Shown here piece after piece: positions 59,454 through 64,000 of a stretch of 64,000 nt of DNA (the stretch's first letter is position 1; each line of letters opens with the position of its first letter). Origin of the DNA: Vezdaea acicularis (lineage: Eukaryota); contig JAPEUI010000016.1 of NCBI GenBank assembly GCA_026025075.1, forward strand, positions 62,001 to 126,000, written 5' to 3'. Position numbers and translations under genes: made by a program. Under the pieces are notes generated by a model, which was not told the DNA's origin, ran no database searches, and saw nothing but the letters and a program-made list of their open reading frames with translations.

Positions 59454-62215
59454 ATGCACGCAGCTTGGTCCACGAAAGGGCCGATGAACCCTACCGCCAT
59501 GATGTCGACCGCCGTGCACCACTTTGGTCCGCCGTTTGATAATTATCAATCTTCTTTTGGGATGCTCCCACAGAATGCCCACTTTGCACCGCAGCCTCTA
59601 CACGCCCCGGGGCCCGAGGCCTTCTCACATGCTCCCCAATATGCCGTCCAGCCGATACACCACTCGTCCATGAACTCCGATCTCAGCTCGAGGAAGCGGA
59701 GCATCAGCAGCCGCTATGGGCCGTATGGGAATGGAACCCTCGGATCGACCATGGGCAGCTCCCACCGGTCACTGTCCGAAGCTCATAACGTGGGTCCACT
59801 GGGTGGCTCGGCGCCCGTCAGGCGGAGAATCAGCAGAGCCTGCGATCAGTGCAATCAGTTGCGGACGAGGTGTGACGGGCAGTCACCGTGCGCCCACTGC
59901 GTTGGTGAGTACCACGAACTGATGACATGGAGAGAATCTTTGCAAGCAACATCAAAAGCTGATCTCGTGGCGTAGAGCTCGGCCTGACGTGTGAATACAA
60001 CCGCGAACGCAAGAAGCGGGGAAAGGCCTCACGAAAGGATATCCAGCAGCAGCAGCAAGCGGCCGCCGCGGCCGCCGCCTCAGCTAGTAATTCCCAGTCT
60101 CCTAACGGTGCCTCATCGCAGAGTCAGTCGCCCTCCGAATCGTTCCAGGCGTTCAGCAAGACACCCGAGATCCCACCCGTGCAAGGCTTACCGACTCCAG
60201 CTCTGAGCTCCACGCGGTCGATGAGCGTCGGAGGCCCCCACCGGATGCCCGAGAACGGCCTCTTCACGAACTTCCAGCGCGCGGGCAGCATGAGCGCCGT
60301 CGAGGGCCACTCGCTGAGCCCGTCCTTCAGCCAGCCGGGACAACACCACCAGATGTCAGGCGCCGAGCGCAGCCCGTTGTCCGCGGGCTCGCATCTGCAC
60401 ATGTCGCCCATGGAGCCGATGCCGCCCACGCTGCGTCTGAACGTCTTTGAGGATCACCAGTCGTATACGCCAAGCTTCCACGACGACGAAGGCATCCAGG
60501 TCATGTCGGCGACTTCGGATTCCGCGCAGATGAATGCGAGTCATGGTGTCCCGGTTCACTCGCAGGCGTACATGGACCAGTCGTACGCTATGATCAGCCC
60601 GCACACGCAGGAGGGGACGGGGTTCCAGCCCCAGCTCAATGGCTTTCTGGAGCCGGCACCGAGCGCGGAGCCGGGAGCGTGGATGTCGATGGCACCCGCT
60701 CCGCCCAGCATGGTCCAGCCCTCGATTCAGGAGCCATCGAAGCCGACGCTCCGCTATCCGGTTCTCGACCAGCTGTTGCCGTATATCGAGTCCTTTGTGC
60801 CAGGCGGACTCGCTTGTGATCTCCTCGATCTCTACTTTGCAAGTTCGTCGTCGGTCTACATGCAGCCCCTATCGCCCTTTGTGCTGGGCCATCTATTCCG
60901 CCAACAGTCCTTCCTGCACCCGCAGGCCCCCCGAGCGTCCAGCCCGGCCCTCGTGGCAAGCATGCTGTGGCTAGCCGCCCAAACGAGCGACGCACCAGCA
61001 CTGACATCTTCTGCTACAGCCAGATCGAGCATCTGCAAGCGTCTGCTCGAAACGACAATCAGCCTGCTCGGGCCGCTCGTCTACAACAGCTCGAATGCGG
61101 CCGATGCAGACGTGAGCGACTCGGCCGCCATCGTCCAGGGTCAGGGCTCCACCGCAGCGGGCTCCCTCGACGACGTGGTGACTTATATCCACCTCGCGAC
61201 GGTGACGTCTAGCAGCGGGATGAAACCCACTTCGCTGCGATGGTGGAGCGCGGCGTTCACGCTCGCCTGCGAGCTGGGGCTGAACAAAGAGACTGCCTCC
61301 TCTTCTCAGGGGCATGACGACAGCCGCGACGACGCGGACGACGAGCAAGACGAAGAAGAAGACGCAGAAGGCGAGCTCGACACCTCCCTCACACTGCAGT
61401 CTCACAGTCGCTTATCCGAAGAAACGAGAGAAGAACGCCGCCGCACCTGGTGGCTGCTCTACGCCCTCGACCGGCACCTCAGCCTAACCTTCTCGCGGCC
61501 CCTCGCCCTGCTCGACGCGGACTGCGCCGGCCTGCTCCAGCCGCTCGACGAGAATATCTGGCAATCCGCCTCGTTCCCGCAGCACTGTAGCTCTCGGCGC
61601 CACCGCCACCGCCAGCGAGGCCCCTCGACGGCGTTTGCTGGATGTGGCTTTTTTGGGGGTGTCCTCCCCCTGATGAGCATTTTAGGCCAAGTCATCAGTC
61701 TAGCCGAGCTGCAACTCCATCCCCGCCTCGGCGCTCTGGTCGACGCGCAGATGTCCGAGCGTCTGCGCGAGACTGTGCGCGCGCAGCTGGAAAGCTACGA
61801 CCGCGGCCGAGCTGAGTTTGAGCAGTTGGCCGCCGCGCAGGACCACGAGTCTGTGGTATGTGCGGCGTATATGGCGTTCATATCACATACTCTCCACGTC
61901 CTCCTCTTAACCCCGCCGCATCTCCTTACCGGCAGCACATCCAACCCCGAAAGCGATATCACGCAAGCGGCGCTCCAACACGCCATCCTCGCCGCCGACG
62001 CGCTTGGTCGTGTGCAGGATCGCGATGGGCGGTTGAGCTATTTGGGGTTCTTTACCGGGACGTATGTGCAGCGGTGTTTGCTTGTCTTGCTGGCTGCGGC
62101 TGAGGCTGAGGCACAGGGGAATACGCAACAGCAGCAGCAGCAGCCGGCGCGGTTGGCGGAGGGGGTACAGCGCTTGTTGATGGCGAGGGAGAAGGTTGGT
62201 GGGGTCTTAGTGTGA
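59454..62215 (+). CDS. xlnR: XlnR/Xyr1-family Zn2Cys6 transcription factor with divergent, shortened C-terminus (2 exons, ~896 aa)
   Basis: VRRRISRACDQCNQLRTRCDGQSPCAHCV|ELGLTCEYNRERKKRGKASRKD (intron 59905-59975), LRYPVL, LACDLLDLYF, SPALVASMLWLAAQTSDAP, SLDDVVTYIHLATV, SLRWWSAA and REERRRTWWLLY. Confidence 0.85.
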
Positions 62216-62240
62216 GTGAGTGAGTGAGTGAGTGAGTGAG
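62212..62240. repeat. (GTGA)n microsatellite overlapping the xlnR stop codon
   Basis: gtgagtgagtgagtgagtgagtgagtgag; the TGA at 62213-62215 is part of the first unit. Confidence 0.9.
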
Positions 62241-62462
62241 GAGTAGTGCAACTCCTCCTCCCGCCGCTGCAAACTCTCGACCCTGCTACTCCCGCCGGTG
62301 TACCACCAACAAAGCATTCACGGAGCGGCAGGAGCGAGAAGAGGGTTTGTTCCACCAGTCTACGACTACGGCCAGCGCGCTTGGCCTGCAGTTCCCTGGT
62401 TCTTCCCCTCCCGAGGCGGCCTTCAGATTGACGAAACGAGTTATGGAAAAGTGACGTGTGCT

Positions 62463-62548
62463 CGATAAAAGAGAGACGCATGATGGATAAAGATAGACGC
62501 CCGATCGATAAAAGAGAGACGCCTGATGGATAAGGAGACGCATGATGG
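62463..62548. repeat. Degenerate ~21-bp tandem repeat (gataa..gagacgcMtgatg) downstream of xlnR
   Basis: About four copies: gataaaagagagacgcatgatg / gataaagatagacgcccgatc / gataaaagagagacgcctgatg / gataaggagacgcatgatg. Confidence 0.75.
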
Positions 62549-63239
62549 AACAGAAAAGGCGCATGATGAGCTTTCTGTGCCGTTTTGGGGGATGTACGAA
62601 GGATATGGGATATGTGATGTGGTATTGGATACTGAATATCGGCGTACGGATCACGTCGTCCGAAGAGCTAACGAGTTCTCCTGGAAATACGACGAGCTTC
62701 ACGAAGCCTCAAGACGCAAGACGCAAAAACGCAAGACACGACGCCCTTCTCAAAACCTGACGAGCCACCTGCACAAAGAAGCGAAATGAAATCCACGCCC
62801 GCCGTCACCGGGACGAGCGGGTGCGGGAAGAGCGGAGTAATGGGACGGATGACTGATCGACGATGTATGTTACTACCCTAGCGAAAACGAGCTGGGTTGG
62901 TGAGACGCGTGATGCGCTAGGTTGGTTTTGCTTATGGTCGTATGGTATGTGGGGGGGAGGTGTATTATTATCTGACTTCTGAGTCATCTTGTTGTTGTTG
63001 TTTTGCCTATTCTTTTTATGCATTTTTCCGTCGCAATCTTTCCGCCTGCATCTTCCTTTCCTGTTTCGCGCTTTCGCGCTTTCTCGCCTGTGCGAATTTT
63101 CTCTGATTCCTTTTCTCCTGTTTTTCTTGTCTCTACTTACCCCCCCCTTTTTTGGGGGGGGGGAGGGAGAGTTGTTGTATGTGGTTGGTTTCGCTCTTGT
63201 TGGGGTCGTTGGTTTCGTGGTGTTGAGTTGTTATTGTCA

Positions 63240-63287
63240 TCTTCTGCTTCGTCAGCTTCTGCTTCTGCTTCTTCTGCTTCTGCTTCT
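63240..63287. repeat. (CTTCTG)n-like microsatellite
   Basis: Tandem tctgct/tct units. Confidence 0.75.
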
Positions 63288-64000
63288 TTGATATGTCGAG
63301 TTTTGTCATAATAATGTGGTACTCATGTGGTACTCATGGGAGAGGAGAGTGGATGGAGCTCATCGTCGTGGGGGGTTGGGCGGGGCTCATTTGTACTAGT
63401 ACTAGTCATATTCTTAATAATTCCCACACCATCCATACTACTTGCATTCGATCTACTTGAGTCTACCTCCTACCACGTCCTAGGCTTTAGATGAGTGTGT
63501 GCGTGTCATTCTTCCGTTTGTGTGTTCATCTCTACGCAGCACGCAGCCCGCAGCACGTATATCTCGCAAGAACCCCCCGTTTGTACATATGCATACATAC
63601 GCATATATCTTCCCTTCTCACCCTTTCCCCCTTCCCTCGCCCTTATTCCGCCTTTCCCTTTCCTTTCCCCTCCCCCTCACTCCCTTTCTCCCGCCCTTCT
63701 CCTTCTCCTCCTCCGATATATCCACACTCACTCCCCCTTCTCCCCCCTCTCACCCCCTTCTCCTCCCTCTTCCCCTCCCACTCTTACCCCCCCCCCCCGT
63801 CGATCCAATTCACGAATCAAGAATCATACCCCTCCCCCACCAGACAGCCGTCCCAACCCCTTCCCAGGCGGCAATGGCTGCGGTTGGATCGGCTCTGGGA
63901 TAGGCTCCGGCGCTGCTTCTCTCCTCTCAACGTCTGAGACAGAAGGGGCGTGGCGCCCAGGCGGAAGTGGTTGTGGGTTCAATGGTTCCGCTTCTGCAGC

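Noticed and set aside
63491..63937. Pro/Ser/Leu-rich ORFs at the right edge
   Set aside because: Translation of a polypyrimidine tract, probably promoter or UTR sequence of a gene outside the window.

Overview
Gene-dense chromosomal segment of a filamentous ascomycete (Pezizomycotina-type): short GT-AG introns with CTAAC/CTGAC branch points, and no rRNA, tRNA, CRISPR array or recognisable transposase. I reconstructed about 19 protein-coding genes, most of them spliced: a Pfa5-type DHHC palmitoyltransferase, a double zinc-ribbon microprotein, a GST, an 88-aa orphan, DNA polymerase eta, an RfeG-like protein, SQT1, PET191/COA5, a sterol esterase/lipase, a long hypothetical protein, an RNA 3'-phosphate cyclase, ESF2, NMD3, a CRAL-TRIO protein, a GH17 btgC-like glucanase, an MFS transporter, a ~1695-aa Ser/Pro-rich protein, an alpha/beta hydrolase and an XlnR-like Zn2Cys6 regulator. 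Items the ORF track hides: (1) the RNA cyclase appears spliced in frame to an extra conserved fungal domain; (2) a full-length but decayed epoxide-hydrolase pseudogene at 42.9-44.1 kb; (3) a base-paired RNA element plus a proximal poison 3' splice site in the long third intron of PFA5; (4) an XlnR whose conserved C-terminus is missing, with its stop codon inside a (GTGA)n microsatellite; (5) a hydrolase with Ala at the nucleophile position and about 350 aa inserted within the catalytic triad; (6) a duplicated module of paired TCACGTG sites upstream of ESF2. All family assignments come from motif recognition by eye, not from database searches.
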